A stretch of DNA of 64,000 nucleotides. Origin: Eledone cirrhosa (lineage: Eukaryota). Of this stretch, positions 27,661-41,912 are shown one piece after another. Each line of letters starts with the position of its first letter. Within the stretch, counting starts at the first letter, position 1. The DNA lies in contig OZ024742.1 of NCBI GenBank assembly GCA_964016885.1, forward strand, positions 290,036,001-290,100,000, written 5' to 3'. The position numbers and the translations under genes are program-made. The notes beneath the pieces were generated by a model that saw nothing but the letters and a program-made list of their open reading frames with translations, searched no databases and had not been told where the DNA came from.

Positions 27661-27754
27661 TCCCCGACTACGAAGTTTCGTGGCATATTATGCAAAAACA
27701 CTAGATCATAGAGATATAGAGTTTTTGTGAGGTTCTGCCGACTTATCAAGGGGA
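27661..27754 (-). ncRNA. Type-I hammerhead, U3-A8 core variant
   Basis: Minus strand: TCCCC-TTGATAA-GTCGGCA...CAAAAAC...GTTTTTG...TGCCAC-GAAA-CTTCGTAG-TC-GGGGA. Confidence 0.75.
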
Positions 27755-28105
27755 TACCTCATTAAGGATTTCAAAACACGTCTGCAATGCGCGAGATAGA
27801 ATCTCGAAAAGGCGGAGGGAGAGAGATTCTATTCTAGACTTATGTAGGTTGGCTTGCCCTACACTCACACCCACCTCCGCAGACACACACACACATCCAC
27901 ACATACAAAATGTGGGGTGGTAATACTTAATATAATGGTTAGAGTCCAATACTTAGATAGTTTAGAAAATTTAGAAATAAAAGGTTTATGCTGGTTCACT
28001 TGTATATACATTCACACCTACCCCCTCAAACACTCACACATCTACACACACAAATCCATACAGGTGTGTATATATATATATGTATGCATGCATGTACGCA
28101 CAAGT

Positions 28106-28143
<38 letters not shown>

Positions 28144-28670
28144 TATATATATAAAATATATATATATACACAGAACATACATATATATAAAATATATAAT
28201 ACAAAAATATAAAAAATATATATATACATAAAATACACATATACACACAATATATACACACATAAAACATACATACATATACATATATAAAATACACATA
28301 CACATATATATATAAAATATATACATATATAAAATACACATACACATATATATATATAAAATATATACATATATAAAATACACATACACATATATATATA
28401 AAATATATACATACATATACATACATATATATAAAATACACATATATATACATATAAAATACACATATATATACACAAGATATATATATACATATATATA
28501 AAATCAGGTTCAATAAAACGTTGTTTAGATTACTCCTAACCAGTAGAGGATCCGGTGGACCATCCACCATAGGGACCACAAACCATGGGTGGTTGTTGTT
28601 GTCCATTGGTCATTGGTACGGGGTGTAGGGGACCTACGGGGGAGGGCTTGTGGGAGGCCGTAACCGGGGT

Positions 28671-30598
28671 TTATCCATATAGCTTGAGGAAAGTTCCCGT
28701 CCTTAGGTGTCTGCAGGCACCGAATAAGTCGGCCCTTCTGTTTAATAGCTTGGTTCCGCCATGAAGAATCTCGAGTGTCTCACTAAGACAGAGGTTGCAA
28801 ATACCAGACCCGCCTCTGTCTGGGGGAACCTTTCTAACCACGGACCAGACCAGAGAGTGCGGGGTCTTTTCAAGTTTGAGCTTCCAGATCAATTCAGAAA
28901 GGGCCGTACATTTCCTCTTATCTATTCTGTTAAAGGAATGGCGATGGTTATACCACCGATCTTTGAAGCTCGTCGCTGTGGATCCTATGTAGTAGTGCTC
29001 CGAGTTAGGGGTTGTGACCTTGCACCTGTAGACCACTTTTTTCGTCATGCATTCATTACTAAGGGGGCATAGTGATGGGTCTCTGCAATTACATGACTTC
29101 TTAAGCCCCACCACATGTACCGCGTGGTTACCATCACTCGGGGTTGGCTGGGTAGCATCCGCAATCAGCACAGGGTCGTTGGGTTCCGGTGTGCTAGTTG
29201 GGCCTGTCCAGGTTCCGATGCGTCCCGCGTGCTGGTTCTGTTGGGTGGCTCCGGGGTCTACAGTGGTATTAGAAGCAGTGAGCCTATTCTTATTTATGCC
29301 AGCTATGTGCTGGGCTTCGGAGCGTGTGATTGAGTAGGAAAGTTTCACCGTGTGCCTGTTGAATATTTTATGGTACTTATGGGCCCTAGGGAAACATTTA
29401 TCCAGTACTCTAAAGAATGTTCTAGACAGGCTTGTACGTAGACCCACCGAGTACGGAGGGTTATACCATGTGACCTTCCTGGTCCTATTCTTGCGGGGTT
29501 GTTGGGTATCCGCCGTGGGCCATCGCGTGGTTGTGCACAGCTCAGGTCGAGCTCGGTTGATGTCACTCGGGTGTGCGGAGCAGTCACTATCATGAGGGTA
29601 ATATAGGCCCACTGTGGGGCTATAAACCTGCGAGGTGCGGCCTCCCTGCTCAATTAGGATTCGGCGGGTGGTGAGGCCGGTGCAGGGGTGCCTATGCTCC
29701 GCAGCACAATGGTCCTCAGCGTTGTAGGTATTAGACCGGTGGGGTATGCGGGACCTTCTACCGGGGGTGGTGACGGTCTGGGAGTGTTACTACTGGTCAC
29801 CGAGGTATTAGGTGGGCAACTCATGCCCCTGTGGGTATTGGTCCGGGGTACCCTTGGGTCATCTCGATCATGTCCCTTAGGGTTATAGCTGATCCTATCG
29901 CTGTGGGACGCCTTAGCTAGAGCTGAGTTATAGTAATCAGCGTTACTATTGAAGATCTCTTTATTGGCCGACAAGTTAGAGATCCTATCAGAGACACTCT
30001 TAACTACGGCCCTAACTATAGATCTAGGGTGATTAGACTCAGCGTTGATATACACCAGCTTCTCATTGGGTTTATGATATGGGTGGTGTAGCTTGGTGTT
30101 GAGGTTGAGGGTGGTGTCCAGGAAATTCACTACTTTTCTATTGGGTTCCATCTCTACCTTAAGTCCTACCTTGCTAAAGAAGTGCCTAATTCTCCTCTTC
30201 ATATTTTCGACCATTGTGGTGCTGTGGTCCACTACGGTGAAGAGTGCGTCGTCTCGGTACAGCCCGCCACCCAGGTTGGGTATTTCTCTCCTGATCTCGT
30301 AGAGTATGTATATTCCAACCAAGTCCGTTAGCTGCGCGGAGTCACTGGAGCCCATTGTAATGTCAAAATTATTTGGCCAGTCGCTCCGGGTCCATATGTC
30401 CCCATCGAATCGGATCAGGGTTTTTCTGGCGGCGTGTATGATTCGGACCTCGTCACGTGTTAGGTCTGTCCTATTCATCGCGAATATGAGTGCCTTGTTC
30501 AGGACTATGGGCGAGATAGAGGAGTAGTAATTATTGATGTCTAGTTGTATGAAGCTAGTCCTATGTTTTTCAGGTAAAAATGTAAACCAGTCCAGCAC
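28671..30598 (-). pseudogene. PLE RT and GIY-YIG, frameshifted in the linker
   Basis: QLDINNYYSSI, FDITMGSSDSAQ, GLYRDD, NFLDTTL, SNHP; TWYNPPYS, CNCRDPSLCPL, YIGST, CNLC..E, LNRR..CRH. Confidence 0.9.
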
Positions 30599-30927
30599 CT
30601 GGCTGGTGCAGGACCAGAGTTGTAACCTTATTTTACTCTTACGTGTGGGCAGGATTCTGTCTAAAATGCTTTTGCTAATAACCCAATGTCTGACCGGGAG
30701 GGGGCTATCAGTCTGACCGGCAGGTTAGACTCGAAGTTTGGTTTGTGGTCCTTAATGGTAATCCTCAGCTCCCTTGGTTAGTATGGGGCCGTCCTATCAT
30801 CTATACCAAGACCAGATACGATCTCATAAGCCTTGATGTTGATATCATCCAGGGTGGTCTCGGGCGTTTTTTATATAATATATATATATATTTTATATAA
30901 TATATAATATATATATATATATATTAT

Positions 30928-30959
<32 letters not shown>

Positions 30960-31162
30960 ATATATATATATATAATATATATATATAATATATATATATA
31001 TATGTAATATATATATATATATAATATATATATATGTATAAATAATTTGCTCTACGGTTCTTATATATTTGATATATATTTATCCTTAACGAGCCCTCTT
31101 TGGATTTTAGTCTTCAAATTTATTATTATTACTATATATATATATATATATATATATATTTA

Positions 31163-31213
<51 letters not shown>

Positions 31214-31561
31214 AATATATTTAAATAATATATATATATATATAATATATATATAATATATATGTATATAATATATATAATATATATATATAATATATAT
31301 ATATATAAATATAATATATATATAATATATATATTTATAATATATATATATATATATATATAATATATATATATATAATATATATATATATATATAATAT
31401 ATATATATATAATATATATATATATATATAATATATATATATATATAAATAATATATAATATATATTATATATATATAATATATATATATATAATATATA
31501 TATATATCATATATATATATAATATATATATAATATATATATATATATATTTTGAGGAACG

Positions 31562-31773
31562 ATCGACTTTCGTCAAATCGGACCGAGGAAAGAATGTTTC
31601 CGTTGATCTTTTCAATTGCTAATACTATGTATCGGTCGCAACTCCAGGTAGAAGGAGCAACGTGAATTAAAGTGTCTTGCTCAAGGACATAGCGCATCGC
31701 CTGGTTCAGGAATCGAACTCACAACCTCACGATTGCGTATCCAATTCTCTTACCACTCAGCCACATGCCTTCA
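31562..31773 (-). mobile_element. tRNA-derived SINE (CORE-like)
   Basis: Minus strand has A box TGGCTGAGTGG and B box GTTCGATTCC, followed by TGTCCTTGAGCAAGACACTT; second copy at 36214-36404. Confidence 0.8.
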
Positions 31774-31785
31774 CAAAATATTATG

Positions 31786-31908
<123 letters not shown>

Positions 31909-32096
31909 TTGAGGTTCACCACTGTATAGAGCTGGTCTATTCCGTATGGTCAATCGTAATGCAATAATATAGAGAGTACTCAACGTAAAGCAGTTCAACC
32001 GTCTTTGTTTTTGTAGTTGGTGGTGCTATTACGGAGTTAAATATTATAATGAAATGACAGGAGGGTGGATTTGTGTAAATCCTTGAAAGGTTTATT

Positions 32097-32154
32097 ATAC
32101 TATGATCATTTCAATGACCGGGTTCCGTATGAATCCGGTGATATCATCAGGTAT
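32097..32154 (-). ncRNA. Hammerhead in the inverted arm
   Basis: Reverse complement of 34327-34384. Confidence 0.75.
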
Positions 32155-34326
32155 TCGAAATATAATACGTGAATGTAATAGATAAAATCCATGGGGCTGA
32201 AAATCGAGGACCCGAGGGCGACCGCTATTCTGTTCCTTCAACCTCAGCCGGTCGCCCTGGAGTGACGTGGCTAAAGTTTATAGTATGCTACTACCGGTCA
32301 GATAAACGAAAACAGAAAGGGATGGGAACATAAGTTAACGTCGAACTCATGACACAAGGTAAAAGAAAGAAAGAAAGGAAGGAGAGAGAAAAAGGGGGAA
32401 GAAAGAAGAAGAGAAGCCAGGGTTAATGTCAGCTAAAAGAAGAAAGGCAACTACTACCGGTCAGATATAGGCAAGCAAGAGGGGGAAGGAAGATAAGTCT
32501 GCGGGAGGAAGACAGGAAGAGGGGAGAAGAGAAGGAAGAGAAGAGAGAAGTAGAAAAGTAAGGGTTGATGGCTACAAGAAGGAAGATAGAAAGAAAGAGG
32601 AAGAAAGGTCGATATTAATGTCAGACCACAGTCAAGCCAGGAGTGGCGCGAGAAAATTTTCACAGGGACCCGCATCTTAGCAGAGGTGAATATATTGGGA
32701 GTCAGTGTGTTACAGTGTTTAGACTTCTAGGATGAAGTTAAAAAAATTAATAATCAATATTCAATATTAAAGAGGTTAGAAAATTTAAAGTTCAACAATT
32801 TAACATTTTATTATATAATAGTTCCCATTTGTTCTGTAATTTAAAGGTACTATGTGGCGGTTAAAACACCGGCCGCGCCCCGGACTTTTACTCGCGTGTA
32901 CCCTTAGCACACGTCACTGGAATATCTCCCCCTGGGAACATAAATACCGCAACCTGAAATATATTGTAATTCTCCTATGTCTTGATTTCTCCATCTTACT
33001 CCAACACCACTCTTGTTGGGTTATTTACATGCTTATACCTATATATTGATATGTTTATATATTTATACCTCTGCTGTACCAATGTGCTCTTCCACGTATT
33101 CCACTTCTATGTATCCATGCATTTCTACTCCTCACATTGGGACCTGTACCCATTAGCACACGACACTAGAATGTCTCCTCCTGAGAACAAAAATTAAACA
33201 TTACACGACTATATCCCGTACTCTACATCCCACTAGGATAAATTACAGATCTACATAATACAATTAACGTTTCTTCATAAAAGACTCTATTTAATTAAAC
33301 CCCGCAACCCAAAATCTCATAGAAGTTATTTGAATGTTTAATCTTCAATTTTCTGTTTGTTCAATTCTCAATCTTCTTACTCTTAGTTTTATAATGTTAT
33401 TCTGAATTCTTTCAACTTCATCCGATAGAGTTAAGCAAAATTCTAAAGTTCCAACTTTCTGTCGGACCGTTGGGTGGGTTTTAGCGGCGGCGCGACCAGC
33501 TCCCTGGCGAACAAGCTCACCTGGAGTGCTTGGAAAAATAAATTTCCCCTTCTTTCGGTAAATGAAAATACTCGGCGTGGCTTAATTCGCCATGGGGCCC
33601 GGGGCGCGGCCGGTATTTTAACCGCCAAATAGTACCTTTAAATTACAGAACAAATCGGAACTATTAGATATATCAACCTGAAACTGTTGAACTTTAAATT
33701 TTCTAACCTCTTTAATATGGAATATTGATTATTAATTTTTTAACTTCATCCTATAAGTCTAAACATTGTAACACACTGACCCCCAATATATTCACCTCTG
33801 CTAAGATGCGGGTCCCTGTGAAAATTTTCTCGCGCCACTCCTGGCCCGACTGTGGTCTGACATTAATATCGACCTTTCTTCCTCTTTCTTTCTATCTTCC
33901 TTCTTGTAGCCATCAACCCTTACTTTTCTACTTCTCTCTTCTCTTCCTTCTCTTCTCCCCTCTTCCTGTCTTCCTCCCGCAGACTTATCTTCCTTCCCCC
34001 TCTTGCTTGCCTATATCTGACCGGTAGTAGTTGCCTTTCTTCTTTTAGCTGACATTAACCCTGGCTTCTCTTCTTCTTTCTTCCCCCTTCTTCTCTCTCC
34101 TTCCTTTCTTTCTTTCTTTTACCTTGTGTCATGAGATCGACGTTAACTTATGTTCCCATCCCTTTCTGTTTTCGTTTATCTGACCGCTAGTAGCATACTA
34201 TAAACTTTAGCCACGTCACTCCAGGGCGACCGGCTGAGGTTGAAGGAACAGAATAGCGGTCGCCCTCGGGTCCTCGATTTTCAGCCCCATGGATTTTATC
34301 TATTACATTCACGTATTATATTTCGA

Positions 34327-34384
34327 ATACCTGATGATATCACCGGATTCATACGGAACCCGGTCATTGAAATGATCATAGTAT
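34327..34384 (+). ncRNA. Minimal type-I hammerhead
   Basis: ATAC-CTGATGA-TATCACCGGATTC/GAACCCGGTCATT-GAAA-TGATCA-TA-GTAT; palindromic stem III ATGATCAT. Confidence 0.75.
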
Positions 34385-34430
34385 AATAAACCTTTCAAGG
34401 ATTTACACAAATCCAGCCTCCTGTCATTTC

Positions 34431-34492
<62 letters not shown>

Positions 34493-34615
34493 TAATATAT
34501 ATATAATATATATATATAATATATATATATATATATGTATATATATAATATATATATATATATGTATATATATAATATATATATATATATAATATATATA
34601 TATATTGTATATATA

Positions 34616-34929
34616 TATAGCGGAGAACTCGTGTGTATGAATGTAACAAATAGACTTGGTTTGTGTGTATAATATTTAATCAACAATTTAACAGTATAGT
34701 TGACATGTCAATGAATAAACGAAAGAATGAAGCAAAGTTAGTAGTTACCGTTTTGATTGCCAGGCAAACGCGAGACGCCTGGCGAAGGCCAGGCGCCGGA
34801 AGGGCAAATGAGAGAGTGAGAACTTAAAGTTGTTAGTTTTATAGGGTTCTGACCGGAAGTTACAGAAAGGGTTCTACTTCCTGTCTAGATGGTGTTGTGA
34901 GTGTCACAACAAGGGAGACAACTGCTACA
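34616..34929 (-). mobile_element. Solo LTR related to the LTRs at 49885 and 51607
   Basis: Minus strand runs TGTAGC...GCTATA and shares TCTAGACAGGAAGTAG, TCAAAACGGTAA and CATGTCAACTAT blocks; inside (TA)n. Confidence 0.7.
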
Positions 34930-34960
34930 TATATATAATATATACATATATAATATATAT

Positions 34961-35129
<169 letters not shown>

Positions 35130-35164
35130 TATATATATTATATATATATATATATAATATATAT

Positions 35165-35252
<88 letters not shown>

Positions 35253-35313
35253 TTTATATAATATATATATATATATTATATATATATATATAATATATAT
35301 ATATAATATATAT

Positions 35314-35376
<63 letters not shown>

Positions 35377-35584
35377 TATATATATATATATATATTATAC
35401 AAATATATTACACAGAGAGAAGTGTGTTACACAGTGAGATGTGTGTTACGAATTATTATATGTGAGTTTAACCGTTACTGTATGGAAAACAACAGCTACA
35501 GGTTGGCAATTAAATAGAAAGAACACTAAGTCAGAATCAAATCTCCGAAGTAGAGTTTTAAATTAGCAACCTTATAACTATAAG

Positions 35585-35660
35585 CTTGCTGATACGAATC
35601 TATTTCGTTTCGCCACTGCAATGTGTAGTGTAAAAGTCCACAGGGTCCTCAGTCAGCAAG
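35585..35660 (-). ncRNA. Type-I hammerhead with a stable stem III
   Basis: Minus strand: CTTGCTGA-CTGAGGA-CCCTGTGG...TTGCAGTGGC-GAAA-CGAA(ATAGA)TTCG-TA-TCAGCAAG; 3' half is inverted at about 35717-35782. Confidence 0.75.
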
Positions 35661-36213
35661 TGTGGAATTGTTAGCTACACATCTAGCCTAATGGAAAGAG
35701 AGAACGCAAATATACACGAAATAGATTCGTATCAGCAAGCTTATAGTTATAAGGTTGCTAATTTAAAACTCTACTTCGGAGAATTACTGTATATCCTTAG
35801 GAATGAAAAAAGGTTACTCAACAACAAGTTATAAAGATCAATTTTCTGCAGACACAGGATCGCCACTAAATTCACAAGATTTAAGCCTCCGGGAATCGAA
35901 CCGACATAACTTAGCATTCAACATATGATATCCACAATATTACACGGACCACTACAGAACTATAATCATTAAGTAAATTCTAGCCTTCTTAATTCTATAC
36001 CACAGTAATAGCTGCAAATATCTTATCAACCCATAAATATATCCCTTCTCAGCTGCTGTCAACAGAACTTCCTCACCTTGACTCTCAACAAATGAACCTA
36101 AATCCAAGTACATATTCAGAATACTACTACAGTAAAACATCACCTTCCTCCTGTTATAATTGTAGTCAGCATGTTTTCTCTATATATATATATATATATT
36201 TATTTTTTTATCA

Positions 36214-36404
36214 ATCGACTTTCGTCAAATCGGACCGAGGAAACAATTGCTAATACTATCTATCGGTCGCAACTCCAGGTAGAAGGAGCAGCGTGAAATA
36301 AAGTGTCTTGCTCAAGGACATAACGCACCGCCTTGTCCAGGAATCGAACTGACAACCTCAAGATTGTGAATCCAATTCTCTAACCACTCAGCCACACGCC
36401 TTCA
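36214..36404 (-). mobile_element. tRNA-derived SINE (second copy)
   Basis: Same A/B boxes and body as 31562-31773. Confidence 0.8.
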
Positions 36405-37255
36405 CATATATATATATTGCCTCCTTAACCTCTGTATTAACTTACCTATTATATTGATACTCTGTTAATGTTATCTTATACATGTATGTTATTGATGATG
36501 TGAAAGCTAAGCAACCTCATGATTCGAACTAACAATCCCTTCTATAGACCACATAAATATTGAATCCACTTCACACCACAAATATTACTATCCTCACTAC
36601 AATGATAAATATTTTATCTGTCAGATAATAAATAATTCTTACGGTCACCAGACCTACGGTAAAGGAAGTGGTACATTGTTTAAAGCCACCGGCTTATCTC
36701 TACACTATATATAATACACCCCATGACAGCTTTTACATGTCAATTTCATACATCTGCCTCATGTCAGCTCGTTTTACATGCTAAAGTCGTAGATATACTA
36801 TATTTCTTACTTAGATTGATGTTGTGATTATTTCAAATAATTTATTGCTAGCATTGTTAGTATTGTTGTTATTGTTCTGATTGAATGCCATTGTTATATA
36901 TAGAAGCCATGCCTGTGTATTCCCTTCATTCTCGCTAGCTCTGATGAATTGACTTGTTACAACTATGTATTGGTGATCGAATAACGCGAAAACGGGCGGG
37001 TAGCGATCTCTAGACCTACCAGTTCAGAGAAACAATTGTCAGCAATGAGATTAAAAACCTTTTTTGTATAGCAAACCGTGTCACTCTTCTTTCCTGATTT
37101 ATCATTACTCCAAGTGTTAACAACATAGAAATCACCGCATACTCGCAGCATCACTATGGAAACGCCCTGTTGAGTCAAACTTAGCCAAGCGTTGATATCA
37201 TCCACTACTCGGAGTACCCTAACTGGACTACCTATAACAATAATCTGTTATCCCG

Positions 37256-37369
<114 letters not shown>

Positions 37370-37370
37370 T

Positions 37371-40221
37371 AGAATTATCCCACAGGTTCGTTCTAATTGC
37401 TCTATTTCTAACTTAAATTTATGGATTGGTACATGTGATGTAACTAACTGGTTCAATGACCTGAATAATAAAAACAAACAAAAATTGATTCAGTTTGACA
37501 TTGCCAGTTACTATTCTTCTATTTCGCCTTCACTCCTCAACAACGCTCTATCTTTCGCATTTAAATATTCTGACATTACCACAGATGAACTTTACATCAT
37601 TCTCACCGCAAGAAAAACTATCCTGGAATTCAACAACGAATATTGGACTAGAGCTGATACTTCCAACAATTTTGATATCACAATGGGTTCGTCGGATTCA
37701 GCGCAATTGACAGATTTGATTGGTATCTTTATTTTGAATTCTTTAAATCGGAAAATTCCTCAACTTTGCGGTGGAATTTATCGTGACGATGCCCTTTTTA
37801 CTGTCTTAAACTGTAACTTAGTTAACCTTAATATTATTAAGAATAATATACTTGATCTATTTAAGCACCATAACCTAAAAATTGAATTTGAAAACAACGT
37901 CAAACTAGCTAACTTCCTAGATATATCTCTTAATCTTGACACCGGCCTATATTACCCTTACCATAAAGACAATGGGAATCTAAATTATGTTAATTTTAAA
38001 TCTAACCACCCCATTAACGTTAAAAATGTTATAGTCAGTAATGTTGAAAAACGAATCTCAAATCTATCTTCTAATAAAGTTATCTTCGACGCTAAAGCCA
38101 ATTATTATAATAATGCCCTTTCAAAAGCCGGTTATCCTGACAAAATTAAATACAGTAAAGAAACCAATTATCGAGGGACTTATAGTAAAATAGTTAGTTA
38201 TGAACATTCCAATAACTTAAAGAAAAGACCTATATACAAAAATATGATTTGGTACAACGCTCTTTTTTCTCTATCTATTACTAGTAATATTCCTAAACTT
38301 TTTTTGGGGCCTTAGACAAATGCTTCCCTCCCTCGCATATCTATAGTAAGATCTTTAACAAACATACAATTCAATTTTCTTATTCCACCACTTCCAACAT
38401 CTCTAACATTATCTCTAAACATAATAATAAATTATTAAATAATAAATTATATCCATCCAACACTGAACATCATAATAATAGCAATAGTAAACCCGACGTC
38501 AATATTAACTCCAGGCTAGATTCCGTAAATTTAAATACGACGTCAAACGTAACTTTGTCGAATGTTCATAACACCAATCTAAATCAGGAAATTTTAACAC
38601 CTATCGTAAATAACTTCTCCAATCCAATTCCTTCTATAAATAATACTAGGTCACTTGTTAATAACTCTGGTAATTTCTCTAATCGTAATTGTAATTGCCC
38701 TGTTAGAACTAAATGTCCTCTTAGTAACCAATGTCTTGATAAAAAATTTAGTGTATGTATGTAAGGTTATAACTGGTACTAATTCTTTTACCTATTTTGG
38801 TTCCACTTCCACTTCCTTAAAAGCAAGATTTTATAATCACAATTCGTCGTTTAAATACCAACTTAAAAGAACTAACACGGCACTCTCAGAACTCATGGTC
38901 CTTAAAGGACAAAAATATCAACTACAACATTTCTTGGAGGAAGGTTTGCAACGCCTCTCCTTACCGGAATTCTTCCCTATCCAGAACATGTAATCTCTGC
39001 CTAGCCGAGAAATTTACCATTATCTCTAATTTTAATTCTATAATAAATAGACGTACGGATTTATTTTCGCTCTGCTTGCATAAATCCCATAGAACTTTCC
39101 ATAAAGTATACAGCTAATATCTTACTACCTAATTAGTTTAAAATCTTCCTTTCTCAAACGCTTTTATATCGTTTACAAATATACCCATCTTTCACCCTTA
39201 TTTCAGTATATTATATTATACAATTTACTCATTCTATATCGTTAGCGGTCCCCTATTTTTCTTCTTGTTTATCCTTTTTTCTTTTTTAATTTCTAATCTT
39301 TAATCTGCAACTTTTACTTCTCAATTACTTCTTAATTCATATTATAACTCACTATAGCATTTTCCTTACATTCTTGGCCATAGAAATTTTATTTTTAATA
39401 TATATTAATATTACCATTAGTAAATTTTGTAAACATATATATTTTTTTTTGACGTTATATATTTTTTTCTTCCTTGAATTTTCTTCTTTCTTCTCTCCTT
39501 CCGTGCTCGTATTAAACCTATTATTTACTTTTTCCTATTACAATACATAGAAACAAACTTGGACCCTAACTAATTCCTCTAAGTTCATAATTCATTTAAC
39601 CTTTTCTTCATTCACCTTATCTCCTTAATATTTTTTTTATTTTAATAATACATTTTAATAAATTCCTTTTCGCACATATTATTAAACCCTTCAATATATA
39701 AACCTTAAATAAATACTATTCTTAATTCCTTTTTCTTTAATCATAAACATCACCATTCATAAACCTCATTAACTTTTAATTTCAAAATTTCTTTTTAATT
39801 ATGTATTATCTTACAACGGTTTTTTTAAATTTCTCTCTGTGAGACAGAGTTTCTCAGTATTAAAGGTTATCTATCTCTCTCTCTCACTCATTTCTCCTCC
39901 CCTCTCATCCTTCCTTCTTATACTCCGTCATCCTTTCCTTATTATTATATTTTTTTATTATTATTTTCTTTCTTCCTCTTCCTTACCCTTTCCTTCCCCC
40001 TTCCTTCTTTTTTTTCCCAATCTCATATATCCATCTTATCTTATTTTTCATATGTTGATTTAACACTTCACTGCTTGCAAGCGTTTTTTAAGCTTCATAT
40101 CATGTCTCCCTATTTTATCTGATGAGAACGCAAATATCATCCCATGATGATATTTGTTTTTGAAATGCGCATAATAAAATACATACATGGAACTCTTTTA
40201 ACCATCTTTTGATCTTATATT
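37371..40221 (+). mobile_element. 5'-truncated PLE (RT + GIY-YIG, frameshifted) with a 3' UTR hammerhead
   Basis: QFDIASYYSSI, FDITMGSSDSAQ, GIYRDD, NFLDISL, SNHP (37485-38315); CNCPVRTKCPL, LVY..YFGST..RFYNH (to about 39056). Confidence 0.88.
40111..40181 (+). ncRNA. Minimal type-I hammerhead
   Basis: TATTTTAT-CTGATGA-GAACGCAAATATCAT/ATGATATTTGTTTTT-GAAA-TGCGCA-TA-ATAAAATA; palindrome ATGCGCAT. Confidence 0.85.
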
Positions 40222-40232
40222 ATATAATATAT

Positions 40233-40426
<194 letters not shown>

Positions 40427-40460
40427 GTAAATGAAAATAGAGAAATTAATTGTTTCTACT

Positions 40461-40544
40461 TTAGGCACAAGGCCAGCAATTACCAGTGCATTACTGGTAC
40501 TTTATTTTATCGACCCCGTAAGGATGAAAGGCAAAGTCAACCTC
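40461..40544. mobile_element. Fragment of an abundant SINE-like repeat (resembles an octopus repeat from memory)
   Basis: GGCACAAGGCCAGCAA...CTGGTACTTTATTTTATCGACCCC..AGGATGAAAGGCAAAGTC; recall only, no search run. Confidence 0.45.
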
Positions 40545-40547
40545 GTT

Positions 40548-41527
40548 GAAAATAGAGAAATTAATGTGAGCAAGAAGCCAACAGTATTTCATAATATATA
40601 AGTGACTATAACGTCAAAATGGAAAATAACTAACGTAAGATATGGGAAAATAATTCAAACTGAATTTTTAAAAAATCAACACAGAGATTTTATCCACAGA
40701 TTTTGTGAAATCCAGGGAAAATCAAATAGAGTCTTAACTCAGAATAAAATAAAGTTTAAATACTCATCCTTCAATTTGGAAAAACTACAAATGCTCTATA
40801 TAGACTTAAAAAGACTATTTCACGAAACTTTTCAGTGGGATTAGTCACGGTTGGAACCGTTCCTCAGTAGAGCTCAACACGATAACCAATAACCCACTGC
40901 CAAATTATGCCAGAAAGGGAATATAAAAAGCAGGCTAGTTCACCTCGTGCGGAATTATGAAAATAAACACACATGGAGAAACATGGCTGGTGACGTCAGA
41001 ATGAGACAAATGTCTGTTTACAAGAAACAGCAGTCAAAAACATTCCGAAAAAACTCTACAATATGTAGGGAGTTCAGCAAAATAGCAATATTATCGCGGT
41101 TTTTTTAAAAAAAGACCGGGATTAGTCACAAATATTTTTAAGCACTCTAGGAAAAATTCCGAGTATAAATATAAATGAAAATAGAAAAATTAATGTGAGC
41201 AAGAAGCCAACAGTATTTCATAATATATAACTGACTATCACGTCAAAATGGAAAATAATTAAGTAAAATAATTAAATAAATAAGTAAGATATGGGTAAAT
41301 AATTCAAACTGAATTTTAAAAAAATCAAGACAGAGATTTTATCTACAGATTTTGTGAAATCCAGGGAAAAAACCAATAGAGTCTTAACTCAGAATAAAAT
41401 AAAATTTAAATACTCATCCTTCAATTTGGAAAAAACTACAAATGCTCTATATAGTCTTAAAAAGACTATTTCACGAAACTTTTCAGTGAGATTAGTCATG
41501 GTTGGAACCGTTCCTCGGTAGAGCTCA
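40548..41527 (-). mobile_element. Non-coding element, unit about 630-650 bp (1.5 units), with two HHR copies
   Basis: 40548-40876 is repeated at about 41176-41527; an end fragment of the same family occurs inverted at about 15903-15957. Confidence 0.72.
40793..40873 (-). ncRNA. Type-I hammerhead (the copy at 41444-41524 has core mutation CCGAGGA)
   Basis: Minus strand: GCTCTA-CTGAGGA-ACGG...TCGT-GAAA-TAG(TCTTTTTAAGT)CTA-TA-TAGAGC. Confidence 0.72.
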
Positions 41528-41538
41528 ATTATATATCT

Positions 41539-41637
<99 letters not shown>

Positions 41638-41912
41638 AAGAATATTTTCGGGAAAAAAAAAAAATATATATATATATATATTATATATATATATTATATA
41701 TATATATATTATATATATATATATGTTATATATATATATGTTATATATATAGATAACCAACTTTATTGACAATCCTTATAAAGAGACAGCTTAGGTTGGG
41801 GACAAATAATGTTCTTCTTTTACTTCCTAGCTGTATATTCTTAGCATAATTTCAAACCCCGAGCAACGCTGGGTAAATCTGCTAGTATATATTATATATA
41901 TATATATATATT

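Larger units (their letters stand above)
32041..34436. mobile_element. Non-coding fold-back element with about 840-bp inverted arms, each carrying an HHR
   Basis: 32041-32882 is the reverse complement of about 33600-34436. Confidence 0.8.

Noticed and set aside
27640-27665. CTGAAGA on the minus strand just downstream of the 27661 hammerhead
   Set aside because: No downstream GAAA or stem III; the complete fold uses TTGATAA at 27743-27749 instead.
31690-31773. tRNA gene
   Set aside because: A and B boxes are present but run into a SINE body and recur at 36214-36404; no clean cloverleaf seen.
36932-37006. CTGATGA...GAAA flanked by TCGCTA/TAGCGA
   Set aside because: Stem II and stem III/NUH cannot be placed in register with stem I; at best a decayed motif.
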